Positions 9,401 to 21,265 of a DNA stretch of 64,000 nt are shown here, piece by piece. The stretch covers positions 2,530 through 66,529 of the forward strand of contig JAHJAM010000025.1 of assembly GCA_018814025.1 (NCBI GenBank), given 5' to 3'. Under the pieces are notes generated by a model. That model was not told the DNA's origin and did no database searches. It saw nothing but the letters and a program-made list of their open reading frames with translations. Made by a program: the position numbers and the translations under genes. Every line of letters starts with the position of its first letter. The first letter of the stretch is position 1. Source of the stretch: Patescibacteria group bacterium (GTDB taxonomy: Bacteria > Patescibacteriota > Patescibacteriia > UBA9934 > GWF2-40-263).

Positions 9401-9955
9401 ATGCCAACATTACCAACGGGCCGGGCGCTGCTGGATGCACCAGCGATTTTAGCGCAAACTGGTTTAGGATTAGACATGCATTATGCGGATTTCGGATCCG
9501 GCACCTTGGGCCATTTTGTTTTTCCGGCCACGGACATGGTGGGGCCCAATGGCCAGGTTTACGCCGTGGATATTTTGAAAGGCGCGTTAGCCGGCATTGA
9601 AAGCCGGGCCAAGATGGAAAAGGTCAATAATTTAAAAGCGGTTTGGGGCGATATCGAACGCCTGAAAGGAGTTGATGTTCCGGAACACAGCGTGGATTTG
9701 ATCTCGATGGTGAATATCACCGGCTTGCTGAAGAAAAGCCCCGCGGTTTTTGAAGAGATGAAGCGCCTGTTGAAACCGGGCGGCCAATTGCTCTTAGTGG
9801 ATTGGCAAATAGCGGGTGCGTCTTTTGGGCCGCCGGCCGAAAAAAGGGTATCAGCGGAAACGATCAAGCCCCTGGCCGAACAAGCGGGTTTTGTTTTGGA
9901 AAATAGTTTTCCGGCCGGTCCTCATCATTGGGGATTGATTTTCAAGCTGGCTTAA
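9401..9955 (+). CDS. class I SAM-dependent methyltransferase
   Basis: ADFGSGT, VYAVDI, RLLKPGG. Confidence 0.88.
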   Translation: MPTLPTGRALLDAPAILAQTGLGLDMHYADFGSGTLGHFVFPATDMVGPNGQVYAVDILKGALAGIESRAKMEKVNNLKAVWGDIERLKGVDVPEHSVDLISMVNITGLLKKSPAVFEEMKRLLKPGGQLLLVDWQIAGASFGPPAEKRVSAETIKPLAEQAGFVLENSFPAGPHHWGLIFKLA

Positions 9956-10010
9956 GCTTGACGGAGAGTTAATTTTTCGATTAGATGCGGACAAATAATA
10001 ATATCTCAAT

Positions 10011-10424
10011 ATGGACTTCATGAATTTTTTCACAGTGTGGCTAAGTATTGATCCGCCAACCGTCACTCAGGGTATTGGCCGCGGGCTGATCGTTTTATTT
10101 ATTTTGATGTTTTTGGCCGGCTTGGCGCTGCGGGTGGCGCGAGCGCGTCAAGATAAAGAAGACAGTTATGGCCGCGAGCTGTATCGCCGCTTGGCCAGTC
10201 TGCTCGCCACCATGGGGGTGCTGGGCATGATCTTGGGTTTTATGAGTTTTGAAAATATTAGATTTTTGGGCGGGCGCTTTTGGTATCTGATTTGGCTGGT
10301 GGCCACGGTGATTTGGATTTTCTTGATTGTCAAATACATCAAGAAGCAGGTACCCATGATGCAGGCGCGGCAAAAAGAACGCGAAGAGAAGTTAAAGTAT
10401 ATTCCCAAACCCAAACGGAAATAA
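10011..10424 (+). CDS. hypothetical membrane protein
   Basis: Three TM segments and a basic C-terminal KYIPKPKRK. Confidence 0.7.
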   Translation: MDFMNFFTVWLSIDPPTVTQGIGRGLIVLFILMFLAGLALRVARARQDKEDSYGRELYRRLASLLATMGVLGMILGFMSFENIRFLGGRFWYLIWLVATVIWIFLIVKYIKKQVPMMQARQKEREEKLKYIPKPKRK

Positions 10425-10426
10425 GT

Positions 10427-10804
10427 ATGGCGACTTGGCGGCGCTGGTTTGGCGATCAAGGCGAAAAAGCCGCGGCGCAATATTTGCAAAGCCAAGGGTT
10501 GAAGATTTTGGATCGGCAGTACGGAGTGCGCGGCGGCGAGATTGATTTGGTGGCTCAAGACGGGGAGGAAATTGTTTTCGTGGAAGTGAAAAGCCGGCGG
10601 GATGAATCTTTCGGTTTTCCGGAAGAAGCCGTGACTCCGGCCAAAATTAGAAAGATCAGGCGAGCGATTCAATATTATTTGCAGGCCAAGAAACAGGAGG
10701 ATCGGCCTTGGCGGATTGACGTGGTGGCGATTCAGTTTGCGAACGGGCAGGAACCCAAAGTCCATCACGTGAAAGCGGTTGACATGCCCGAGGGGCTTTG
10801 GTAG
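10427..10804 (+). CDS. yraN: YraN (UPF0102) family endonuclease
   Basis: GEKAA..YL, GEIDLVA, FVEVKSR, RIDVVAI. Confidence 0.92.
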   Translation: MATWRRWFGDQGEKAAAQYLQSQGLKILDRQYGVRGGEIDLVAQDGEEIVFVEVKSRRDESFGFPEEAVTPAKIRKIRRAIQYYLQAKKQEDRPWRIDVVAIQFANGQEPKVHHVKAVDMPEGLW

Positions 10805-10850
10805 TATTTTGAGCACTGGAACCTGTCGGAATCGACAGGTTCATTTATTA
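10779..10850 (+). promoter_or_regulatory. nusA promoter and leader hairpin
   Basis: TTGACA-N17-TAGTAT, then gaacctgtcg-gaat-cgacaggttc with a weak U tract. Confidence 0.55.
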
Positions 10851-10872
10851 AGAAGCTATTTAGTAATTTTTT

Positions 10873-12228
10873 ATGTCATCAGCAATTGAACAAGCAATTC
10901 GGCAAATTTGCGAAGAAAAAGGCTTAACTTTTGAGTCAGTCATTGAGGCGATCGAGTCGGCTTTGGCCGCGGCTTATCGCAAAGATTTCGGTGAAAAGAA
11001 TCAAAACATCGAAGCGGAATTTGACGCGGCCACGGGCGGAGTCAAAGTTTTTGACGTGAAGACCGTGGTTGAAGATATGGATTTAGAAGAACTGGAGCGC
11101 TTAGAGTTGGAACGGCGCGAACGAGCCGAACAATTGGCGAAAGATGTTGAACAAGCTCGAGCCAAAGGCCAAGACATTCCGGCGGTCAGTTTTGAAGAAG
11201 AAGCCGGGCCACGATTCAATCCCAAAAACGATCTTATGATCAGCGAAGCCCGGGCGCTGAAGCCGGACGCGGAGTTGGGTGAAGTGATTCGCACGGAATT
11301 AGAAATTCCCGGTGATTTCGGGCGCATGGCCGCGATGACGGCCAAGCAGGTGATCACGCAAAAATTGCGCGAGGCGGAACGGGAAATCGTGTTTAACGAG
11401 TTCAAAGAATTTGAAGGCCACTTAATCAACGGTACCGTGCAACGCCGCGAGGGCAAAATCATTTTAGTGGATTTGGGCCGGGTGGCCGGCATCGTGCGGC
11501 CGGAGGAACAAGTGCGAACCGAGCGATACAATTCCGGCGACCGAATGAGATTTTTTGTGCGCCAAGTCAGCTTAACGACCAAGGGGCCGGAAATTCTTTT
11601 GTCGCGCACGGACGAGGGGCTGGTGCGCGATTTGTTTGAAATGGAAATTCCCGAAGTGGCCGAAGGGGTGGTGGAAATCAAAAGCATCGCCCGGGATGCG
11701 GGATCGCGTTCCAAGGTCGCGGTGTTTACCGAAGACAATCAAATTGATCCGATCGGCGCTTGTATTGGCCAGCGCGGGACGCGCATTCAAACCATCATCG
11801 GCGAATTATCCGGAGAAAAAGTCGATATCATTGAATGGAACGAAGAAGCCAAGAGTTTTATCGCCAATGCTTTGTCGCCGGCAAAAATTCATCACGTGGA
11901 GATTGATGAAGCGGCGAAAAGCGCGGTGGTCCATGTGCTCAAGGATCAGTTATCTTTAGCCATTGGCCGCGGCGGACAAAATGTGCGCTTGGCCGCTCAG
12001 CTGACCGGTTGGAAGATCAGTATTTCCGAATTGGAAGGCGGAGAAATAGTGGAAGAAGCGGACGGCGCTTTACCCGAGAATCCGGAGTCAGTCGAAAAAA
12101 CGGCGGCCACGCCGGAAGCAGCGGAAGAAACCGCGGTTGAACCGGCACCAAAAGAAGAAGTGAAAGAAGCGGCGGTCGAAGCGGCCGTCGAGAATCAAGA
12201 CTCATCTAAGGAGGCAGAAGCCGAATAA
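10873..12228 (+). CDS. nusA: transcription termination factor NusA
   Basis: FGRMAAMTAKQVI, S1 and KH domains, AIGRGGQNVRLA. Confidence 0.97.
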   Translation: MSSAIEQAIRQICEEKGLTFESVIEAIESALAAAYRKDFGEKNQNIEAEFDAATGGVKVFDVKTVVEDMDLEELERLELERRERAEQLAKDVEQARAKGQDIPAVSFEEEAGPRFNPKNDLMISEARALKPDAELGEVIRTELEIPGDFGRMAAMTAKQVITQKLREAEREIVFNEFKEFEGHLINGTVQRREGKIILVDLGRVAGIVRPEEQVRTERYNSGDRMRFFVRQVSLTTKGPEILLSRTDEGLVRDLFEMEIPEVAEGVVEIKSIARDAGSRSKVAVFTEDNQIDPIGACIGQRGTRIQTIIGELSGEKVDIIEWNEEAKSFIANALSPAKIHHVEIDEAAKSAVVHVLKDQLSLAIGRGGQNVRLAAQLTGWKISISELEGGEIVEEADGALPENPESVEKTAATPEAAEETAVEPAPKEEVKEAAVEAAVENQDSSKEAEAE

Positions 12229-12233
12229 CGATT

Positions 12234-13163
12234 ATGGATTTATTTCATACTTATTTATATCAGCCGATTTTCAACTTGTTGATTTGGCTGTATAACGTGA
12301 TTCCGGGCGCGGATTTAGGCTTTGCCATCATTGCCTTAACCGTGGTGATTAAAACTCTTTTGTGGCCGTTGTCCCATGCTTCCTTGAAGTCGCAGAAGCG
12401 CATGCAGGATTTGCAGCCGAAGCTGGATGAAATCAAGAAGCAGTATAAGGACGACAAAGAGGGGATGAGCAAGGCCATGATGGAACTTTACTCGTCCGAG
12501 AAAGTTAATCCTTTGGGATCTTGCCTGCCGCTCTTGATTCAGCTGCCGATTATCATTGCCTTGTTTCGCGTGTTGCGCGACGGGGTGGTGACTTCGGAAA
12601 TGTTATCCTCAACTTTGTATCCATTCGTTCAGAATCCGGAAACCGTGAATCATATTTTTCTCGGGATTCAAGATTTGTCCGAGAAGAGTTTGATTTTGGC
12701 GGTGCTGGCCGGCATTTTTCAATTCATTCAAACCAAAATGCTGATGGCGCGCCGGCCGCCGAAAGATCTGCGAAAACAAGAAGGGGCGAAAGACGAAAGC
12801 ATGATGGCGGCCATGAATAAATCCATGTTGTATTTCATGCCGATCGTGACCGTGGTGATTGGCGCTTCCTTCCCATCGGGTTTAACCCTTTATTGGGTAA
12901 CAATGAACGTCGTGACCATCCTGCAGCAGCTGGTGGCGTTTCGAAAGAAGCCGGACGAAGCCGAGGTCGACTCGGCTGGAATAGTTAGAAATGATGAGAT
13001 GGGGGTTGGAAATCCGGCGGAGCCGGACCAGGCTATGCCTGGTAATGGGACACAGGTGACGGATGACGAACTGGGAATCGGGAACAGCGCGACAGAGGCA
13101 GTAGATGCGGAGTTTACGGAAAATCCCGGCGAAGCCGGGTCAGGCTCCGCCGGAAAAGACTAA
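12234..13163 (+). CDS. yidC: membrane protein insertase YidC/Oxa1 with acidic C-terminal tail
   Basis: LQPKLDEIKKQY, NPLGSCLPLLIQLP, GLTLYW. Confidence 0.93.
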   Translation: MDLFHTYLYQPIFNLLIWLYNVIPGADLGFAIIALTVVIKTLLWPLSHASLKSQKRMQDLQPKLDEIKKQYKDDKEGMSKAMMELYSSEKVNPLGSCLPLLIQLPIIIALFRVLRDGVVTSEMLSSTLYPFVQNPETVNHIFLGIQDLSEKSLILAVLAGIFQFIQTKMLMARRPPKDLRKQEGAKDESMMAAMNKSMLYFMPIVTVVIGASFPSGLTLYWVTMNVVTILQQLVAFRKKPDEAEVDSAGIVRNDEMGVGNPAEPDQAMPGNGTQVTDDELGIGNSATEAVDAEFTENPGEAGSGSAGKD

Positions 13164-13237
13164 TGAAAATCCCCGTTTCAGCGGGGATTTTTAAATCCAC
13201 TGGGCAAATGCGGGGTGAGCGTTTAAGATGTTTGGGT

Positions 13238-14149
13238 ATGACGGATTTGGAGAAAGCGATTTGGAGGACGGTTTGCTGGTTTGCGATTTTTGAGTATCCG
13301 CTGACGGCTTTTGAGTTTTGGAAATGGCTTTGGAGTCCGGGACACCAATATTCTTTGGCTGAAGTTTTTGACGCGCTGGCGGAAAGCCCATGGCTGCACG
13401 ATCGACTGCAAGTCAAACAAGGTTTTTACGCGCGGCGGCCGGGTCGGCCCATGGCCGAGCTGGTGGCGGAGCGGCAACAAAATTTTCTGGACAGCGTTCG
13501 CAAGTATAAGAAATTGCGATCCGTAATCGATTGGTTGAGCTTGGCGCCGGGCGTGCGCGGAATCGCGGCCGTCAACACCATGAGCTGGTGGCAAACTAAC
13601 GGGCAAAGCGATATTGATCTCTTTATTATCGTTCAGCCCGGATCGATTTGGCTGTCCCGTTTGTTGTTGGTCACCCCATTTGCCTTGTTGAAGAAAAGAC
13701 CGGGAGCGGCGGACCGCCTTGACCCGTTTTGTTTTACTTTTTTCGTCAGCCAGTCAGCGATTGATTTGAAACCTTTGGCCGTGTTGGGAGCGGATCCGTA
13801 TTTGGCCTATTGGACGATGGGGGTGGTGCCGGTGTTTGGCCGGGCCGGGCAATGGCGCGAGTTTCAAGCCGAGAATCAGTGGGCCAAGGAATACCTGCCC
13901 AATGCATTTATGCGTCCCATGCATCGGGAATTGGCTGCGGCCGGCTGGCGGCCCTGGCCCGGGAGTTGGAAATTTTTGGATCAAGGGGCCAGGCGCATTC
14001 AGGAACGGCGTTTCCCGGAAAAGATTCAACTGATGAAAAATCGGGATTCGCGAGTGGTGGTTAATAATGAAGTTTTGAAATTTCACGTGGATGATCCGCG
14101 CCAGGAATTCAAGCGGCGCTGGCAAGAACTAATTAATTATGAAGCGTGA
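13238..14149 (+). CDS. nucleotidyltransferase-fold hypothetical protein (CPR-type)
   Basis: FEYPLT N-terminus and SDIDLFII motif; start uncertain (ORF is open from 13163). Confidence 0.6.
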   Translation: MTDLEKAIWRTVCWFAIFEYPLTAFEFWKWLWSPGHQYSLAEVFDALAESPWLHDRLQVKQGFYARRPGRPMAELVAERQQNFLDSVRKYKKLRSVIDWLSLAPGVRGIAAVNTMSWWQTNGQSDIDLFIIVQPGSIWLSRLLLVTPFALLKKRPGAADRLDPFCFTFFVSQSAIDLKPLAVLGADPYLAYWTMGVVPVFGRAGQWREFQAENQWAKEYLPNAFMRPMHRELAAAGWRPWPGSWKFLDQGARRIQERRFPEKIQLMKNRDSRVVVNNEVLKFHVDDPRQEFKRRWQELINYEA

Positions 14150-15395
14150 TCAAATCGGACAATTTTTGTTGTGGCTGGCGGTGTTCCTGGGGCCTTGGCA
14201 AACGCGTTGGATTTATTCTGAGCTGACGCTCGCGGGCGAGGCGTGGGAATACGGCCGATTAGGCGTTTATGCGGTTGAAATTTTGATTGTTTTGGCCGCG
14301 CTGGCTCTGGGCCGTCCGCAGTATGATTTTTGCGCCAAGCGCGTGAGCGGCTTGGGAATTATGTTTTTGGGCCTGGGATTTTTGTCCGTGTCGCTGGCGC
14401 AAAATTCATTTTTGGCCACGGGCGCGATGCTCCATTTGGTGTCGGCCGTGATGCTTTTTTTGCTTTTGCTGGATCGCCGAGTGGCGATGGCGCAAATCCA
14501 ATTGGCATTCATCGGCGGTTTGATTTTGCCAAGCCTGTTGGGTTGGTGGCAGGTGCTGGCCGGGACCAGTCCCGGTTCGACGCTTTTGGGTTTGGCCAGC
14601 CATCAGGCGTCAGTTTTGGGACAAGCCGTGGTGGAAACGGCTCAGGGCGATCGAATCCTGCGGGCGTACGGCAGTTTTTCCCACCCTAATGTATTGGGCG
14701 GATATTTAGCCATGGCTTCATTGTTGACGGTCTGGTTGATTAATCAAACGAAACAGAATCGGCGGTTTTTGGGGTTAGCGCTGATATTTTTGACAGCCAC
14801 GTTAGTGATCACTTTCTCTCGCAGCGCTTGGCTGGCTTTGATCTTGGGCGGATTGGCCATGAGTGCAGGCTTAATTTGGCGAAAAAAGACAATCCAGCCC
14901 GCGGTTTGGAAATTTGGCGGAAGCGCTTTGCTTGTGATGGCCGTGACCATGGGGATTTTCTCCCAAGCCGTGTTCACGCGCGTGCAAGCTCAAGCGCGCT
15001 TGGAGACGCAATCGATTGAAGAGCGCCTGGCCGCCTATCATCCTTGGCCGAAGGTGATGCAAATGAATCCGCTGACCGGGGTGGGGCCGGGGAATTACCC
15101 TTTGGCTCTGGCGGCGCTCACGCCGGATCAGCCGGCGTGGAGTTATCAGCCCATGCACAACGCAGCGTTGTTAATGATGAGCGAGGTCGGCTTATTGGGT
15201 TTGGTGATGGCCGGGTGGTGGCTGCTGGCTTTTTATCGACAAATTAAATTGAATCAGGCTTGGGTTTTGGCTCTGGCCGGCGGCGCGGCGTTCATCCCCT
15301 TAGCGCTATTTGATCATTACCTTTGGAGCAGTTGGAGCGGGCTGGCGATTTTATCAATATTTTTGGCGTTTTTTTTGAGAACCGTTCGAGATTAA
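14139..15395 (+). CDS. O-antigen ligase (Wzy_C) family protein
   Basis: RAYGSFSHPNVLGG, TFSRSAW, GVGPGNY, HN..L...SEVG. Confidence 0.88.
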   Translation: MKRDQIGQFLLWLAVFLGPWQTRWIYSELTLAGEAWEYGRLGVYAVEILIVLAALALGRPQYDFCAKRVSGLGIMFLGLGFLSVSLAQNSFLATGAMLHLVSAVMLFLLLLDRRVAMAQIQLAFIGGLILPSLLGWWQVLAGTSPGSTLLGLASHQASVLGQAVVETAQGDRILRAYGSFSHPNVLGGYLAMASLLTVWLINQTKQNRRFLGLALIFLTATLVITFSRSAWLALILGGLAMSAGLIWRKKTIQPAVWKFGGSALLVMAVTMGIFSQAVFTRVQAQARLETQSIEERLAAYHPWPKVMQMNPLTGVGPGNYPLALAALTPDQPAWSYQPMHNAALLMMSEVGLLGLVMAGWWLLAFYRQIKLNQAWVLALAGGAAFIPLALFDHYLWSSWSGLAILSIFLAFFLRTVRD

Positions 15396-15400
15396 GGAAT

Positions 15401-15454
15401 TTGACAAGCCCAAATATTTGCATTAAATTAGCACTCTAGTAATAAGTCTGCTAA
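15401..15454 (+). promoter_or_regulatory. groESL promoter with CIRCE (HrcA operator)
   Basis: TTGACA-N17-TAAATT; TTAGCACTC-N9-GTCTGCTAA at 15428-15454. Confidence 0.85.
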
Positions 15455-15464
15455 TTATTTTTTT

Positions 15465-17386
<1,922 letters not shown>

Positions 17387-17403
17387 AAGAAATTCGAAAT
17401 ATG

Positions 17404-17436
17404 AAAGGCCCGACGAGAAGTCGGGTCTTTTGTTTT
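17404..17436 (+). terminator. intrinsic terminator
   Basis: aaggcccgac-gagaa-gtcgggtctt followed by a T-rich tail. Confidence 0.7.
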
Positions 17437-17485
17437 GGCGGGAATTTGTTATGATGAAGTCATTCTTAATCATAACTTTTTACTT

Positions 17486-17815
17486 ATGGAAGCGCCAAAA
17501 ACATCATCGCAAAACATCGACGATAATAAAATAATCGCGGCTATCGGATACTTGGGAATTTTGTGCTTAATTCCTTTGCTGGCGAAAAAAGACAGCGATT
17601 TTGCCATGCATCACGGCAAGAACGGTTTAATCTTGTTGATTACTTGGTTGATTCTTTGGGTCGGCAATATCATTCCGTTTTTGGGCCAAATCGTTTGGGC
17701 GTTGGGATCTCTGGTTTTGTTGGTCATGGTGGTGATCGGCATCAGCAAAGCTTTGGCCGGCGAGAAATGGGATATGCCGGTTTTGGGTCAGTACACGGAT
17801 AAAATTAAGCTGTAA
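17486..17815 (+). CDS. DUF4870-like small membrane protein
   Basis: AAIGYLGILCLIPL...HGKNGL...IPFLG...MPVLG. Confidence 0.75.
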   Translation: MEAPKTSSQNIDDNKIIAAIGYLGILCLIPLLAKKDSDFAMHHGKNGLILLITWLILWVGNIIPFLGQIVWALGSLVLLVMVVIGISKALAGEKWDMPVLGQYTDKIKL

Positions 17816-17820
17816 AGAAT

Positions 17821-18949
17821 ATGAAAGAGTTAATTCGCCAAATTCAAGACCTCCAGGAGAAAGCCGGCCGAACCTGGGGGTTGCTTTGACCTGGATACGG
17901 CCAAAGTGCAGCTGAAAAGTTTGGAAGAGCAAATGGGCAATCCGGATTTTTGGCGCGATCAGGAAAAAGCCAAAGAAGTGGGCAAGCAAGCCGCGGATTT
18001 GAAAAGCGAATTAGCGGTTTGGGAAAGCTTTAATCAGGAGGCGGACGACCTGCTGGAGATGGCTCAGCTGGCGGATCAGGAAGGCGATGAGTCATTGAGC
18101 GGGGAAATCGGCTCGAAGCTCGAGAAGCTGGAAGCGGCTTTTTCAAAAATGGAATTTGCGATTTTGTTGGCCGGACCCTACGACAAGGCCAACGCGATCG
18201 TGGCCATTCATGCCGGGTCGGGCGGCACCGAAGCGCAAGATTGGTCCGAGATGTTGTTGCGCATGTTCGTGCGCTTTGCGGAACAGAAAGGCTTTGAGGT
18301 GCAAATCGTGGATGAAGCGCGGGGCGAAGAAGCCGGCTTTAAACGAGTAATGTTTCGGGTGATCGGCCGATACGCTTACGGGTATTTAAAATCTGAACAC
18401 GGGGTGCATCGATTGGTCAGGATTTCACCTTTTGACGCGGAGAAAATGCGCCACACCAGTTTTGCGCTAGTGGAAGTTTTGCCGGAGTTTGAAAATTTGG
18501 AAGAGCTGGAAATCAATCCGGATGATTTGCGCATTGATACCTTTATGGCCGGGGGCAAAGGCGGACAAAGCGTGAACACGACTTATTCGGCGGTGCGAAT
18601 CGTGCACTTGCCGACCAAGATTACGGTCAGCTGCCAAAACGAGCGCTCGCAAAAGCAAAACAAGGAAACGGCTTTGAAAATTTTAAAAGCCAAACTGCAT
18701 CAATTGCAGCTGGCTGAGGAAGCGGCCAAGAAAAAGGAATTGCGCGGCGATTATCAGAGCGCGGAATGGGGCAATCAAATCCGTTCCTACGTGCTCCAGC
18801 CGTATAAAATGGTTAAAGACCACCGGACCGAATATGAAACTTCGGACGCGGCCGGGGTTTTGGCCGGCGACTTGGAGTCGTTTATGGAAGCCTATTTGCG
18901 CTGGGAACTGGCTCAGTCTGATCGTTTTGCCCAAGCTAATCAAGAATAA
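17821..18949 (+). CDS. prfB: peptide chain release factor 2 (programmed +1 frameshift)
   Basis: ATG 17821, GGGGG-TTG-CTT-TGA-C slippery site at 17876-17890 joining the downstream frame; SPF and GGQ motifs. Confidence 0.96.
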
Positions 18950-18950
18950 T

Positions 18951-19883
18951 ATGACCAAGATTAAAAAAGCGATCGTCACCGGCGGCGCCGGATTTATCGG
19001 CTCGCACATCGTGGACGCGCTCATCAAGCGGCGAATTAAAGTGGCGGTGGTGGATGATTTATCAACCGGCCAGAAAAAGAATTTGAATCCGAACGCCAAG
19101 TTTTTCCAAGTCTCGATTGCCAGTCCGCAATTTCCACAAATCATCAAAAAATTAAAGCCGGATGTGATTTTTCATTGCGCGGCGCAGATCAACGTGCGCG
19201 AGTCAGTGAACGATCCTTTGAAGGACGCACGGCAAAATATTTTGGGAACCTTGGCTTTGGCTCAAGCGGCCGCGGACGCGAATGTCAAAAAGATTATTTT
19301 TTCCTCCTCGGGCGGGGCCATGTTTTCGGATGCTATCAAGCCGCCGTATTCGGAGAAGCAGGAGGCGCAGCCGGTTTCGCCTTACGGCATTGCCAAGCGG
19401 GCCGGAGAAATGTATTTGGATTTTTTTCATCAAACCCACGGTTTGCCGTATGTGGCTTTGCGCTACGCCAACGTCTATGGTCCGCGGCAGAACGATAAAG
19501 GCGAGGCCGGGGTCATTGCGATTTTTGCCGGCCGGATGCTGAAGGGGCAGCCGGTGAAAATTAACGGCACCGGCCGGCAGACTCGGGATTTCGTTTATGT
19601 GGATGATGTGGTCAAGGCGAATATGTTGGCAATGCGCAAAAACGCGACCGGGATTTTTCACGTGGGCACGGGCCGGCAAACGGAGATTAAAACGATTTTT
19701 AAAAAGATCAATGCTTTGACCGGCGGTTTGATGCCGCAACGCCATAACGCGGCTCAGCCCGGGGAAGTGATGCGCAGCGCGCTGGATTGCCGGAAAGCCA
19801 AACAGAGTTTAGCTTGGCAGCCGAGCGTGAAAATGGACGAAGGGTTGAAGAAGACGGTTGAATGGTTCAGGAAACAAAAGTAA
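18951..19883 (+). CDS. NAD-dependent epimerase/dehydratase (UDP-glucose 4-epimerase-like)
   Basis: TGGAGFIGS, YGIAK, YANVYGP, RDFVYV. Confidence 0.92.
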   Translation: MTKIKKAIVTGGAGFIGSHIVDALIKRRIKVAVVDDLSTGQKKNLNPNAKFFQVSIASPQFPQIIKKLKPDVIFHCAAQINVRESVNDPLKDARQNILGTLALAQAAADANVKKIIFSSSGGAMFSDAIKPPYSEKQEAQPVSPYGIAKRAGEMYLDFFHQTHGLPYVALRYANVYGPRQNDKGEAGVIAIFAGRMLKGQPVKINGTGRQTRDFVYVDDVVKANMLAMRKNATGIFHVGTGRQTEIKTIFKKINALTGGLMPQRHNAAQPGEVMRSALDCRKAKQSLAWQPSVKMDEGLKKTVEWFRKQK

Positions 19884-19885
19884 TT

Positions 19886-20485
19886 ATGGCGGAAGCGACT
19901 CGGCAGCAAATTCAAAAAGCGATCGACACCCTCAAAGCCGGGGGTGTCGTGGTCTTTCCCACGGAAACTTCGTACGGCTTGGGCGCGGACGCGACCAATC
20001 GGCAAGCGGTCAGGCGGGTGATGGCGATTAAGGGACGAAGCGAGAGCAAACCGCCGCCGGTCATGGTGGCGGATCTGAAGATGGCTTGGGAACACGGGAT
20101 TTTTTGTCAGCGTCTGCGAGCCTTGGCCAAGCAGTTTTGGCCCGGACCGCTGAATATCATCGTACCCAAGAAAAAGAACAGTCTCATTTTGATCGGCCAA
20201 GGTGAAGTGGCGCTGCGGGTTTCTGGCAGTGCGGTGGCCCGCGAATTGGTCAGAAAATTGGGCCGGCCGATAGTGGCCACTTCCGCGAATTTGGCCGGAG
20301 CCCCGGCCTGCTATTCAATGGCGGCTTGGCGCAAACAAACGGCCGGGCGGGCCTTACAGCCGGATTATATTTTGGACGTCGGCGCTCTGCCGCGCAATCC
20401 GGCTTCGACCATCATTAAGAAACAAAACGGAAAAATTATCGTGGTGCGGCAAGGCGCGATCCAGTTGCCGGAAAAATATGTTTAA
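19886..20485 (+). CDS. tsaC: L-threonylcarbamoyladenylate synthase (Sua5/YrdC)
   Basis: FPTETSYGLG, KGR, WPGP, TSAN. Confidence 0.92.
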   Translation: MAEATRQQIQKAIDTLKAGGVVVFPTETSYGLGADATNRQAVRRVMAIKGRSESKPPPVMVADLKMAWEHGIFCQRLRALAKQFWPGPLNIIVPKKKNSLILIGQGEVALRVSGSAVARELVRKLGRPIVATSANLAGAPACYSMAAWRKQTAGRALQPDYILDVGALPRNPASTIIKKQNGKIIVVRQGAIQLPEKYV

Positions 20486-21251
20486 AGCGAAAAAATCTTA
20501 CAGCCAAAATTGGCTGGTTGATCACTCGGTGGTGAAACAAATGATTCAGGCCGCGGACCTTCAAGCCGGGGAGCGGGTTTTAGAGATCGGTCCGGGCAAA
20601 GGCATGTTGACTCAAGCTTTGGTTGAGGCCGGAGCGAAAGTTTTAGCCGTGGAAGCGGATCGGGATTTGATTGCGCCCTTGCAGAAGCGGTTTGGCGATC
20701 AGATTAAATTGGTCAGGAAAGATATTTTATCGGTTGATTTATCCGGGCTGGGTCTGAAAGACGGAAAATATAAATTAATTGCCAATTTGCCTTACAGCAT
20801 TACCTCCGCGATTTTAGAAAAGTTTTTAGCCCAGGCGCCCAAACCTAGTCGCCTGGTGGTGATGGTACAAAAAGAGGTGGCGGATCGGATTGTGGCTGAA
20901 CCGCCGAAGATGGGGGTCTTGTCCGTGGCTTGCCAAATTTATGCCCAAGGAAAAAAGATCGTGAAAGTGCCGGCCAAATCTTTTCGGCCGGTTCCCAAAG
21001 TCGATTCAACCGTGGTGCGTTTGGATTTGGTGAAGACGAAAAAGGGGGTGGATCCGGAAGCCGTGATCGCTTTGGCCAAAGTCGGCTTTGCGGCGCGCCG
21101 CAAACAGCTGCAGCGCAACTTAGCGGCGGCGCAGCTGGGGGATTCGGAGGCCATCAAACAGGTCTTGCAAAATATCGGTTTAGACAAACAGGCGCGAGCG
21201 GAAAATTTGACTGTGGATAATTGGATCGAACTTCATCAAAAACTTAAATGA
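20478..21251 (+). CDS. rsmA: 16S rRNA dimethyltransferase
   Basis: QNWL, EIGPGKG, ANLPY, QKEVA, F.P.PKVDS. Confidence 0.95.
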   Translation: MFKAKKSYSQNWLVDHSVVKQMIQAADLQAGERVLEIGPGKGMLTQALVEAGAKVLAVEADRDLIAPLQKRFGDQIKLVRKDILSVDLSGLGLKDGKYKLIANLPYSITSAILEKFLAQAPKPSRLVVMVQKEVADRIVAEPPKMGVLSVACQIYAQGKKIVKVPAKSFRPVPKVDSTVVRLDLVKTKKGVDPEAVIALAKVGFAARRKQLQRNLAAAQLGDSEAIKQVLQNIGLDKQARAENLTVDNWIELHQKLK

Positions 21252-21265
21252 TTAGCCGGCAAATA

